A stretch of 63,497 nucleotides of DNA, the filler included, from Craspedostauros australis (Eukaryota): the NCBI GenBank assembly GCA_030167865.1. It is 11 parts of 11 records of this genome, joined end to end, with 100 filler letters (N's around TTAATTAATTAA, not from the genome) between each part and the next. Parts side by side here need not be neighbours in the genome. Positions count along the whole stretch, not along the records: positions 40,577 to 60,515 come from JALAGF010004622.1; 10 more parts are not named here. One strand, 5' to 3'. The notes below the pieces were generated by a model. It was not told where the DNA came from and did no database searches. It saw only the letters and a program-made list of their open reading frames with translations. The translations under genes were made by a program, and so were the position numbers. Numbering within the stretch: position 1 is the stretch's first letter; every line of letters starts with the position of its first letter. Of the stretch, positions 47,350 through 58,764 are shown one piece after another.

Positions 47350-49053
47350 ATGGGAAAGAAGAAGCCGTTCATCGACAAGAAGAACTCCTCCACGTACCAT
47401 CTGATCTACAGATCGCAACGTGATGTGGCAGGTGACGAGGACGGCGGCGCACCCGGCGTCGTGCTGTGGCCCAGCCCCAACAACAACAAGCTGATGGATC
47501 AGAAGATCCTCATGGCCACGAGCAAGAAGCCGAGCCAATTCGAGGACTCCAAGCCGGCCGCGACAGCTGGCGCCACCCTGTCGCAGTGGAAATCGCAGCT
47601 GACCGGGTTGGTGGACGAGTACGATTACGATCAGCACATGAAGCCGGTGTCGGGGTACGGACAGATCCTGACGACCACCAACACGGACGCCAAGGAGATG
47701 AACGCCATGCTGCAAGCCCGCAACATGGATGTGCGCGATGAGATCGTCAAGGAGGTGGATCGTCAGCTCGAGTCCATCGCGCTGAGTGCGGAATGCATGG
47801 ATCCCGAGATCGCCGAAGCTCTGTTCGGTGAATTCGAGGAGGGCGACTTTGAAGAGCTCAACGACGAGTACTTTCTGGATGCCGCCAAGGAACCGGAGGT
47901 GGCGGAGACTGATCAGGCCAAGGAGGACAGCGGCTTCGACTTTGCGTCGCACGTGAAGATGCTGATGGAACGGGCGCGGCAGGAAGCCAAGGAGGGGCAG
48001 GAGATCGCGCAGGGTCACGAGCAAGGGCAGCAGGACAAGGACTTCTTCAGCAAGGCCAAGCCGCTGCAGTCGGTGTACGAGGATCTGGAGGAGGAGTCCA
48101 TCTTCGGCGGTGTCGAGTACCACGGCGACGGCATGATCTTCGAGAACATGGGCGCCGCCCCCAAGCTCAGCGACGCCGAGGAGCAGGCGTTGGTGGACAA
48201 GTTCAACGCGACCCTGCTGGAGTACGACTCGGACGAGGTGGGCGAAGGATACGACGACGAGGAAGCCGCCGGCACACGCGCGCTGGAAGGCGATGCCCAG
48301 ATCGAGGCGGCCCTCAATGAATACCTGACCGACAAGAATGACGAGATCTTCATCCAGGGCAACGCGGGAGGCAACGCAACGAAGAACACGGGCAGCAGCG
48401 GCTTCTCCGCGTTGGTCGGAACGCGCATGATCCCCCTCAAGGAGCTGGAACAGGACGAGAAGCGCATCGCCGAGCTGGCCGACGCGCCGCCCATCGCGGA
48501 GGTGTTCGCCGAGGCCAACATCGTGCTGTCCGATCCGCTGGCAGCGCCGCCGCAGGAAGACGTGCTGATCGACGGCAAGTCGTACTATTCGGAAAAGATG
48601 AGGAATCCGTGGGATTGCGAATCCATCCTGTCCACGTACTCGAATCTCGACAACAATCCCGCCACCATCACGGCCGGCGGTGGACGACGTCGCAGACGCA
48701 AGGGCAAGAAGAAGGGATCGTCGGTCGGCGGCGGCGATGTCGATGACGAATCCATCCAGCAGATCAAGCTGTCGGCCAAGACGGGACTGCCGCTTGGCGT
48801 TCTGCCGGAGCACGGCGGGGCGGACGATCTGGATGAATTCGCCAGCTACATGAGCGTGAACAAGGGCGAGGCGCGCAAGAAGAAGGAAACGGCGGAAGAG
48901 AAGAAGATACGGAAACAGAACGTGAAGGTGGAACGGCAGCTGGCGCGGATGCAAAAGAAGATGATGAAGGAGGCATTCTCGGAGGAGTTCAGCAAAAGAA
49001 CTGCTGATGTCATGTCCGACGATGTGGGAGGTAAGACCGTTTTCCGATTCTGA
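47350..49053 (+). CDS. LTV1: LTV1, 40S ribosome biogenesis factor
   Basis: N-terminal MGKKKPFIDKK..TYHLIYRSQRD, YDYDQHMK, WDCESILSTYSNLDNNP, and ETAEEKK.RK..VK.ER..AR..KK. Confidence 0.92.
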   Translation: MGKKKPFIDKKNSSTYHLIYRSQRDVAGDEDGGAPGVVLWPSPNNNKLMDQKILMATSKKPSQFEDSKPAATAGATLSQWKSQLTGLVDEYDYDQHMKPVSGYGQILTTTNTDAKEMNAMLQARNMDVRDEIVKEVDRQLESIALSAECMDPEIAEALFGEFEEGDFEELNDEYFLDAAKEPEVAETDQAKEDSGFDFASHVKMLMERARQEAKEGQEIAQGHEQGQQDKDFFSKAKPLQSVYEDLEEESIFGGVEYHGDGMIFENMGAAPKLSDAEEQALVDKFNATLLEYDSDEVGEGYDDEEAAGTRALEGDAQIEAALNEYLTDKNDEIFIQGNAGGNATKNTGSSGFSALVGTRMIPLKELEQDEKRIAELADAPPIAEVFAEANIVLSDPLAAPPQEDVLIDGKSYYSEKMRNPWDCESILSTYSNLDNNPATITAGGGRRRRRKGKKKGSSVGGGDVDDESIQQIKLSAKTGLPLGVLPEHGGADDLDEFASYMSVNKGEARKKKETAEEKKIRKQNVKVERQLARMQKKMMKEAFSEEFSKRTADVMSDDVGGKTVFRF

Positions 49054-50522
49054 GGAGAATGAGGCAGAGAGGCATGTAGGCGCCAGCGAGAACTCTGCTC
49101 TGGAGAGTGCACTCGGAGGTGAAAAGCATGAGCCATTCCCTTCTACTCTCGAGAAAGTACTTCACTCTACCGTAATGCTTGATGGAGGGCATCAATAATC
49201 CATTACACGTGTTTCTTCTTTGAGAGTTGCGGAGTCTGGCACCGTTGTGAGCATAACAACACGCAGAGATGGACGCAGAGACAGAGACCGATGACGCTGC
49301 CAAGACTCTGCTCGTCCTCGCACGTGTATAGCATAGTAGAGTAGAGTACCTCCGATCGCACCTCATGTTGTCATAACTCCACGCACACTAGCATCACGCG
49401 CGGTCGACCCCTGGTTCGTTGCAGCAAGCGACGCTCTCGCGGACAGAGAGAGGAGAATGCAACTGTTGACTGAAAAAAGCAGGTGGGACACGAGCACCAC
49501 CCATGAAAAAGGAGAAAAACAAGCTTCGCTCATGCCGGTTTGCGATGTGTTGTTGGCATCATCGTGAACACTTGCAATGCATCTTGGCAAACGACAGCAA
49601 GAGAAGATACGACCAAGCACATTCATGCATCCATGGCACGCACCGAACGAAGCGACGAACAAGGCAAAGAGTGAATAGTTGCACTTTCCCAACGAGCCAT
49701 TGCACGAATAGAGAGAGTAGAAAAGCGACGAAGAAGCAAGACACCGACTCTGAGGTCCACACGACAAGAGTGTCTCGCGAGCAAAAGCCCAGACGTTGAT
49801 CTCATCCGGTTGGACTTGATTCCGAGAGCTCACTCGCTCTCACTTGCTCGCTCCAGAGCAACGCACTCTGTCGTGTCTCCGCAGAGCACTACGCACACAA
49901 CGCAGTATAACATTTTTATTGCGCAAGAAACAAGACGTGCACAATCGACTTCTGGCTTTTTGCGTCCACCGGTCTTGGTGTTCGCCTCCTTTCTGAGGCT
50001 GTGAACCTTGCTTCGGCACGCTGTTCGTGTTCTACTCCAAAGAGCATCACACCCAAGCAGCATCCTTGTTCGCTTCTTCTCCAGCAACAGTGCGAACACG
50101 TGGGGGTTCACGCGTCATCTCTGGTGGAGCACGAACCTGCTCGGAATCTACTTACCGTGCGAGAACACTTACTATACTATTCAATATATTCTACTATTGT
50201 ACGAGGATCACACCATACCCACTATTCTATACTAATACTAATTCTCCACAAGCACTCCAACGGCCGCCGCGATCTGCGCTGATCCCAACATCCTGGTTGG
50301 TGACTTAGTCGAAGGCTTGGTTGGATGACTGGCTGAGTTGCTCACCAGTTAGTTGTCTTTCCCATTCTGCACAAAAGCAGGGCAGAGCAGAGTCGTTCAT
50401 CACGAGCAGCACCATCGCAATCCACCGCATCATCAGTCCGCCCAATATCACAACGACACAACGACACAACGACACAACACGGCAACCATTCCTCCACTCC
50501 ACAATCATCATCCACAACCACC

Positions 50523-53500
50523 ATGCGGCGGTTTTCCGAACAACTGTCGCCCACGGCGCCCAAGCGATCGCTGAGCCGATCCAGGTCATCGTCGCAGAGC
50601 ACGGACCGCGACGCTGCCTCGTCCGCCATGCGCCGCAACACGGAGGCCTCGCCGGCCGTGGCCAACAGCGCGCCGTCGCTCAACTACAACAAGATCTTTG
50701 ATGATCCAGCTGTCATGCTGGGATATGACTGCGTGCCGATCATCTCCGTCGATACGCTGCCTCGTGGTGGTGTCAGTTTGGAGACCAAGTCGGTGGGGAG
50801 CATACAGGTGCGTGTTGAGTTACTGTGTATTACATTGCATTGCATTGCATTACATTACAGCGCGTGACAATACATGACAATACAGTGGGGAACAGTTCCT
50901 CGTCCAGCATCATCAGGGTCATTCCAAGCCAATTGTCATCACAATACAATCGTACTCACGTTCGCACTCACACTCACTCCATTTCATCTCATCTCGCTTC
51001 GTCTCATTTGATTACACCGCTATGTTACATTCCATCGCACGACTCGTACCAATACATCATCTCCATTCTCATCTCGCAAACCCAATCAGTTCGGCATCCC
51101 ACCCGAAACCATCAAGGACAGCATGGCCTTGGGAATGGAGGTCCCCAGCGTCTACATCGTCCCCCTCGAACGATTCTGCCGCGAGATGGGACCGGCCCTC
51201 GGCATCAACGTCGCGGAGTTCGAATTCCCCGCCTACTTCAACTACTTCGTCAAGAACAAGAAGTGCACGCTCGTGGTCGATTCCGTCGATGCCGAGGACG
51301 AGATTCGCAACGTCTTCGGCGAGACCCTGCTGGGACCCAAGGAATTCCGCGATCACGACAACCCCCTGGCCAACATCGAGGAGGACTTCGATCCCACCTT
51401 CGCTCGCGACAAGCGTCCCAACTTCTACAAGGAGTTCTTCAATTTCCGCACATCCGAGGCTTCCACCAACTACAACGAATTGACGATCGATACCTTGCTG
51501 GATTTCTGTCATTTTCAGAGCGGCGGCAAGCTTAGTTTCCATGCGGGGCAAAGTCACAACAGCAATGGCGAAAGTGCGGCAAGCAGCAGCAGCGGTGGTG
51601 GTGGGGGTGCCACGAATAACGGTCATGAAAGAGAAAACAGCAACGGGATCAACAACGGGATCAACAACGGCAACAGCATTGGCGGCAAGGAACGCCTTGG
51701 AGTGCCTCCAATGCCAACCGAATTCTTGGACCTGGATGATGCGGATCCAAAGGATGACCATGCCACGATAGATGCCACCACCGACATCAGCAGCACCTTC
51801 AGCAAGATCACCAGCAATCAAGATCCAAGCGCGGACGCCCACACAAATGGCAGCATTGACAACATGGATGAGCATCAGACGTCGGCATCGACGAGACCGC
51901 GCAAACGACGATCGCGGCGACGGCATTCGCTTCTTGCGGCGAAGGAAATGGAGGAGCAGCTTGGCGCGATATCAGAGAGCGAATTGGCGGACGAGAACAG
52001 AAGGTACCGCAGCGACACGGCGAGTGCAGATGGATCCGCATTTCCATCGGATGCACCGCCGCCGCCTCCTCCGCTCACGCCCTCGATGCTGGCAGAGAGC
52101 CCATCGATGTCGCATCGCGAAGGCAGACGAGGCAGCATGCCGGGGAGTACCACGGAAGGCAGACAGACACCGACCATTCGGAGATCGAGCATCAAGACAC
52201 CGTCAGGAGAGAACCAGCGCAGAGGGAGTTTGGGCACCATCACGTCGGAGAGCGCCACGAGCCGTCTATCCACCGCGTCGCAGATATCGTATTCAGTGGA
52301 CATGCTCATGGAACCGACGCCCGCCGTCCACACCCTCTCCAACGAGGACGATGATGTGCAGGGCAATCAGAATTGGATGTATTCGCAAGTCAAATGGTTG
52401 GGAGAAGTTGCGACGGTCTATCCGAAGGGAACCACCGACGAGCAAAAACGAACCAACGCCACTGCGCGTGCTGAAATATTCAAGATGGCCGGCGGAACGG
52501 AGTACATCATCCACGACGTCAACAAGGACGGGATCATCGTCGGCAAGGCAAGGATAAGCGGAACCGTCAAGGTCCCGGACCAGCTTTCTGTGGAAGGATT
52601 CCTTTCGCCCGAAATGTCCATGGTCACACGCAAGGGGAATCACGCGAGACGACGGTCCTCCGCGACGCACACGAGTACGCGGCACCGCACGGAACCCCCA
52701 ACATTCCATCCGCCGTCCTTCGGAGTTACGGTCTTGGGCAATTCACATGGATTCGATATGAAGGGATCGACCAGTGGCTACGTGCTGTGGATCAACGGAA
52801 GAGGCATCATGATCGATCCGCCGCCGTTCTCTTCGGCCACGTTGGAACGTGAAGGCATCCGACCGCAGACCATCGTCGCCATCATCATCACACACTGCCA
52901 TGCGGACCACGACGCCGGAGCATTCCAGAAAATCATGACGGGTTCGCGTGTGGCCATCATCACCACGCCCACGATCTACAACAGCTTCATTCGCAAGTAT
53001 TCCGCGCTTTCGGGATTGCGCGCATCATTGTTGCGCCACAGCCACCGTCACCGGCCAGCCATAATAGGACAGCCGCTGCGATTCCAAGGCGCCGTCTTTC
53101 ATTTCACGTACACGCTCCACACGATCCCCTGCATTTCCTTCAAGGTCGAATGGCGAGGACGGTCCATCGTATTCACTGGCGATCACTTGAACAACCCATC
53201 CGTCATTGACAGCTTGCAGCACAAGGGTGTGCTCACGAAGGCGCGGGCGGATGATTTGCGAAACTTGCCGCTGCAACCCTGTGATGTCCTGCTGCACGAG
53301 GCAGGCGCGCCTCCGATTCATACACCTCTCAGTGTTCTGCAGGAATTGCCGCCCCATGTCAAGCAGCGGCTGTACGTCGTCCATACAGCTGCCATTCCGG
53401 CGGATAGTGACCTGCGCGTTGCACCCACCGGCACCAAGGGCACGATACGGTTGGATTCCACTGCGGCGCCTGTACAAGACCTGGCCCATAGCTGCAACCT

Positions 53501-55229
53501 TGCGACCGCCATCACAGCCCAAACGGATGGAGCTGCTTCCATGATCAAACGTGGCGGCGATGACGATGGTGATGATGAAAGAGTAGGGACGAGAGTGGTG
53601 TTGCAAAAATCCCCAACCGGCAGTGCGGCGAATTCGTATCCAACTCGAGCAGATGATGATGGGACGGAAGAAATCACGAACCAGATGACAGTGGCCAGCC
53701 TGCAGGATGGCACGTATCCGAACATGACAGTTATTGGCAACTTTTCGGGTGCCATCTCCGATTCCATGAAGCAGAAGTTCATGAACCAGAACGGCAAGTC
53801 GGCTGTGCCGCCGTTGGTGTTCCTGCGTCCAACTTGCGTATCCGATTCCTGGTTCATCCTGAACCTCCTGTCGGCGGTGCCATTCTTCTCAACACTATCG
53901 TATGCTCACACTATGGAGATCTTGGAAATTGCGCAGATCGAGATGTATGCCGCCGGTGAGACCGTCGTCGAGGGATATCGCCGACCTGACAAGCTGTGCG
54001 TGTTTTGGGAAGGAACGTGCGTTGAGCGCGATTCTCGCAGTATGGATGATTTGAGCGAATCGTACCACACACGGCAGGAACCGACCATTTGGCATGCGGG
54101 AGACTGGACAGGCCCGATTTCGCTGCAACCGGATGCGAATCTGGCAGCGGCAACCACGGATCGGCTATCGCAGGACGACATTATCGCAGTCTCGTCGGAG
54201 GGTATCAAGGTCATCGTCCTCATGATGAACGATCTGCACAAGATCCTCAAAACTGGATCAGCCCTCTATCGCAAATTCCTGGAAGAGCAGGAGAAGGAAA
54301 TACGAAAGAGTACGCAGCAGGAAACCTACAGCGCCGTCGTCAAGCGGAGCTTCCTGAGGACGACCATCTTCGATGGCGTTATCGACGTTGTTCGCTGCAA
54401 TTCAGTCCTTGGGAGATTGCCGGCCGTTCAAAAGCGACACCTCGAGTCGCTGGCGGAAGGTCCGAACTACTTCGAGCCATTTTGCAGCATGTGGATGGTC
54501 GGACAGCCCGTGGAGCATGCCTACCTCATCGTTAAAGGCACTGCCACGTTTGGGATGCCTCGAATGCCGCAGCAAAAAACGCGTCGCAAGACGAATCGAC
54601 GCGGCAGCACAGGCGCAATCGGTGGCGGCGCCAGCATGGCCATGCTACAATTGCAGTCCAGCGGCAGCACGCGCAGCCTCGTTCCGTCCGACCAGGCTCA
54701 CGCCGACAAGGTGCTCCAGAACGTCCATCCGGACAGCGAGTATTCCAAACTGGCGGTCTCGCTGCAGCTGCGCCGGCAGGAGGTGGAGGACGAGCTCAAC
54801 ATGATGGAGGACTCCGTTGCAGTCAGCGGTAATTCCAGCATGTACTTTGGCAAGACGGATTCCACCGACACGGGTCGCACCAACCAGGACAGGCATGCCA
54901 ACAAGGTGCTCGCGAGGTTGTATTCGAGACGCGCGCTTGCGGATGGCCTGGTGTTCAGCCGCGGCATGTTCCTTTCCGATTCTTCCCGCATGATCAGCGA
55001 CGATTTGGCGCGCATTCACCATCCATCACACCAGAGCAGCGTCTTCGCGGAGCATCGAGACAGTGTGAAGACTTCATCTGCGTTTGATCAGCACTGTCAC
55101 ACATCCAATCTCATTGCCGGTGCCAGTGGTTGCATCGTGTTCACCTTTCCAAGGGGCAGCCTGCTTCCCTTCCTCGATGGCAATCCCGGTGTCCTCCTGG
55201 CGTTGCTGGGCACACAGGTGGTGGTCTAG
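50523..55229 (+). CDS. Metallo-beta-lactamase-fold hydrolase with C-terminal cyclic-nucleotide-binding-like domains; exons 50523-50807 and 51090-55229
   Basis: Splicing gives LPRGG...SIQ|FGIPPETIKDSM. MBL motifs THCHADHDAG, LHTIP, FTGDH, LHE. cNMP-like LSAVPFFSTLS...YAAGETVV..G and VGQPVEHAYLIVKG. Confidence 0.85.
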
Positions 55230-55723
55230 TCGATGGTGCAGAAGAAGGTGGCATCCGTGCCTTGATGGAGCGCTTCGAGCACCGCCTGGCAGCAATGGCA
55301 GCAGCAGAAGAAGAAGAAGCAATCGCGCGAGCATGTCGCAGACTCAGGGAACCACCGAATCACGTCGGAAAACCTTCGTCCATAGACACGTATTAGATCC
55401 CAGGAATGTCAAATGGTGGTGCTGTCAATCAATTGCATTCGCAACATCCTCGTTCCACCTTCATGTTGATTATGGCATGCAGATCGTGATGGCGTACCTA
55501 TTACCATGTGAGTATTCTGTTAGACTTTTGGAATGATGGAATTCGAACAAGATATTTCGCGGCAGTGTACGAAAATCAAAGGAAGAGATTCATTCGCCTA
55601 ACTCGTGATTCATACCATAACGTGACTGAGAACACGGTTTTACTCCCAAGAACCGATTGACAAAAACACGATGCCCATCACTCCTCCAGCTACAATTCAC
55701 GCGAAGTCACAGAATAGAGACCA

Positions 55724-57574
55724 ATGACAACACGCGAACGCAGACATCACAGGAGGCTCCGACATGCCGATACTGCGAGAAGCAAGCAAGGTGGCCGTTC
55801 GAAGCGCCAAGTGCTGATTCTGTCGGTCGCCTGCGCCATTGTCGTCGCCTCATGGTGGCTGAATCGTCGTTTACTCGGGACGTTTGATGTTGGGGTGTCC
55901 AAGCGGGAAAGCGGTGTGCCACGTCAACACGCTGTTGGCGTTGGTGCAAGTGGTGGCGATTTGAAGAAACAAAAACAAGAGGGTCTGCCAACACGAGAGC
56001 CAGAGCGACGGCAAAAGCTCGCTTCGCAACATGATCAAGGGGACGGGAACCATGACAATGATGCAGTCGCACTCCATGGAACGAACGCACAACCATTGCC
56101 GACAACGGCATCATCATCGCATTTGTCGCCACAGAATGGTTCCGCTCAGACTACGAGTGAGAGGCACCACATGATCTTCTCCAGCAGCTGCGGGAATAAG
56201 CAGGATTGGCAAGCGTATCTGTTTTTCTTCCAAGCGAAGCATGTCCAACAACCTGGATCCGTCACGAGGATCGTCTCCGGTTGCACTGAGACCGAGCAAA
56301 AGACTCTGCAAGCCAAGTTCGAGAAGGAGATTGCCATCATGTCGACCGAATTCCACATCCATTTCACACCACCGCTCCATCTTCACCAGGATGGCAAGGC
56401 CGAGAAGAACTGGGAGGATACGAAGTACTGGAACAAACCATTCGGTGCCAAGCATTGGCTCGAGGCGACGTTCGGATACAGCGAGGACACCCGTGAGACC
56501 GCTCATGATCATGACATTGTTATCTTGGTAGATCCCGACATGCTCTTGCAACGACCGATCGTCAATGACTTTCGTAACATCGATCCCCAATTCTGGTTGG
56601 ATACCCACGTGGAAAGGCCGAATGATATTGTGGTGTCCATGGGCAATCCTGTCGGTCAGACGTATGCCTTCGGCGATGATTGGTTCGTCCAAGCCAGCAA
56701 GAATATGTCTCATGTTGTGGGCGATGCGTCGCCCGTTCATGATCTCACGAATGACCATGACTCGATGCGATTCTACGCCGTCGGGCCGCCGTACATTCTC
56801 ACCCTGCACGTAAGTCTTTGGAAGGAGGTGCAAGCTGTCAGGAAGGTTGGGCGTCACCTCAACTTTGCGCTCACGTCGTCTCTTTTTGCATTCATGCCTT
56901 CGTCTCATCATGCAACGCTCCACCCACGGAATGCAACCATCGAACTGCGCAACTCTGGATCGTTTCGCCGATCCCCCACCTCGCCCCGTCAGGATATGTA
57001 CAAGGTCAGCGAGTTATGGTGCGAGTATTTGCCACGTTTGTGGGATATCTATTCGCATTTCATGGCGGAGATGTACGCATACTGTCTCGCCACCGCGCAT
57101 TTGGGATTGAAGCACAATCGAGCGCAAGGCTTGATGATGTCGCATCCTCAAGCGTGGGGAGAAGGTTGGTACGCTTTGAGGAACGCCACCAAAGGCAGCG
57201 TGTGCCAACAAGCCATGGACTTGAGCATAGCCAACCGCCCGCACGTGCTGCATTACTGCCAGCGGTATTCCATTGGTGAATTCTTCTTTTCCAAGTACCG
57301 GACGCATCACCGATTCCTTCAATGCGATCAACCGTTGGTGCGGCTGCCATCCGTCGATGTCGCCAAGCGCTCCAAGGTGTCGAAGTTCGGTGACGGGACG
57401 ACCCAGCGGTGGGAGCGTGGCCACCAGATTGGGCACGCGTACGCTGTTTGCGCGATTTATCCTGCGATGAACAGAGCGGCTCGGTACTTCAAGCAGACGC
57501 AATGCGGATCCGATGCCAACTTGAATGAGACGTGGAACTTCTTTGAGACTGAATATGTCGAGGAGGATGACTGA
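55724..57574 (+). CDS. Type II membrane glycosyltransferase, peptidyl-serine alpha-galactosyltransferase/HPAT-like; intron 56810-56992
   Basis: N-terminal TM helix; FSSSC..QDWQ, PGSVTRIVSGC, NKP, DPD (DxD), GPPY, AEMYAY, HYCQRY. Confidence 0.8.
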   Translation: MTTRERRHHRRLRHADTARSKQGGRSKRQVLILSVACAIVVASWWLNRRLLGTFDVGVSKRESGVPRQHAVGVGASGGDLKKQKQEGLPTREPERRQKLASQHDQGDGNHDNDAVALHGTNAQPLPTTASSSHLSPQNGSAQTTSERHHMIFSSSCGNKQDWQAYLFFFQAKHVQQPGSVTRIVSGCTETEQKTLQAKFEKEIAIMSTEFHIHFTPPLHLHQDGKAEKNWEDTKYWNKPFGAKHWLEATFGYSEDTRETAHDHDIVILVDPDMLLQRPIVNDFRNIDPQFWLDTHVERPNDIVVSMGNPVGQTYAFGDDWFVQASKNMSHVVGDASPVHDLTNDHDSMRFYAVGPPYILTLHVSLWKEVQAVRKVGRHLNFALTSSLFAFMPSSHHATLHPRNATIELRNSGSFRRSPTSPRQDMYKVSELWCEYLPRLWDIYSHFMAEMYAYCLATAHLGLKHNRAQGLMMSHPQAWGEGWYALRNATKGSVCQQAMDLSIANRPHVLHYCQRYSIGEFFFSKYRTHHRFLQCDQPLVRLPSVDVAKRSKVSKFGDGTTQRWERGHQIGHAYAVCAIYPAMNRAARYFKQTQCGSDANLNETWNFFETEYVEEDD

Positions 57575-57696
57575 TATGTAGAGCAGAAAAGTTCTCGCAT
57601 GCCAGCCGCTCATGCTGTTTTGCTATGGTTGCCATCGTTGCCGTTGTCGTTGGTGGTGTCGACATTGTTAAGATCCAAACAAGTATTTGTTTCAAC

Positions 57697-58764
57697 TTAC
57701 TTCATGCGCAAGATCTCTGATATCATCTCCTGCGCCTGCCTCATGTAGCCGCCTCCACACAGTACCTGATGATTCAGAATATGATATAGATTGTAGATAA
57801 CGCGACGCTGCGCGTGCCCATCCGGCAGCGGCCATTCCGACTCGTACCCATCGTAAAAGCTTGGCTCGAAACCACCAAAGAGATACGTGAGCGCAATGTC
57901 TGCTTCCCGATCGCCGTAGTAGGCTGCAGGATCAAAGATGACGGGCACAACGACGGTGTCATCGTCGTCGTCCTTGCGTTTGCGTTTGCAAAAGCCCTTG
58001 TTGCCACCCCAGAGATCACCATGAAGGAGGCTGGCAGGAGGATCGTGGGACAGCAGCTCCCGTGTCTTGACGCGCAACTCTTGAACCTTCGCGTCCTTCA
58101 ATCGTGCATTGTTGGTGAGCCGCAGCATGTGCCCCAGCCGATGCTCATCCCAAAAGTTCGCCCAATCCTCCTTCCACGGCAGGTTGGGTTGGAAGGTCGC
58201 ACCGATAGTATTGTCCACGAGAAACCCAAACGCACCATCCGCGCTGCTGTGACGATGCAGCTGCGCCAACTGGACGCCCAACTCGAATTGATTCTTGGGA
58301 CCCTTGCAGAATTCCAAATACTCGAAGATGCAAAATGCCTGACCCGTGAGATCGTGCTGACCAACGGCAATGGGCGTCGGCACCTGGATCGTGTTGGTCT
58401 GTGCCATGGTTTGGACGCCAATGTATTCGGCGTGGAGCATGTCGAACTTGTTCCGGGCGGACTTGATGAAGTATTTGTCACCCGTTTCTGAATCGAGCAC
58501 GGCGCTGGTCATAGCGCCACCACCGCCAGACGCACCGCCTCCCGATGTTGGCACAAGGGTCACCTTTCGCCCCAGAGCGTCTGATGCCGCCTTTGACATG
58601 ACCTCCATCGTGGAGGCTGCCGCGAGGCTGGATCTTGTATGACGTTCGACATACGATGTGGCTGGGAATGCGGATGCGAATGCGATAGGTTGTGCTAAAG
58701 CAGTGCGTGATAAGAGCAAAGACGGTGCAGATGTGGCCAGCACCAGTTGGATTAGCAGGCGCAT
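57697..58764 (-). CDS. Fructosamine/ketosamine-3-kinase family (protein-ribulosamine 3-kinase-like), probably plastid-targeted
   Basis: YFIK, LAQLH, FGFLVDNTIG, LLHGDLWGGN, FDPAAYYGDREADIA, YNLYHILNH. The Met at 58764 gives a signal peptide followed by ASAF. Confidence 0.9.
   Translation of the reverse strand: MRLLIQLVLATSAPSLLLSRTALAQPIAFASAFPATSYVERHTRSSLAAASTMEVMSKAASDALGRKVTLVPTSGGGASGGGGAMTSAVLDSETGDKYFIKSARNKFDMLHAEYIGVQTMAQTNTIQVPTPIAVGQHDLTGQAFCIFEYLEFCKGPKNQFELGVQLAQLHRHSSADGAFGFLVDNTIGATFQPNLPWKEDWANFWDEHRLGHMLRLTNNARLKDAKVQELRVKTRELLSHDPPASLLHGDLWGGNKGFCKRKRKDDDDDTVVVPVIFDPAAYYGDREADIALTYLFGGFEPSFYDGYESEWPLPDGHAQRRVIYNLYHILNHQVLCGGGYMRQAQEMISEILRMK

Noticed and set aside
30385..55229. 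GPCR + PDE + cNMP-binding hydrolase as a cyclic-nucleotide signalling gene cluster
   Set aside because: The three genes lie on three different contigs separated by artificial linkers, so linkage is not shown.
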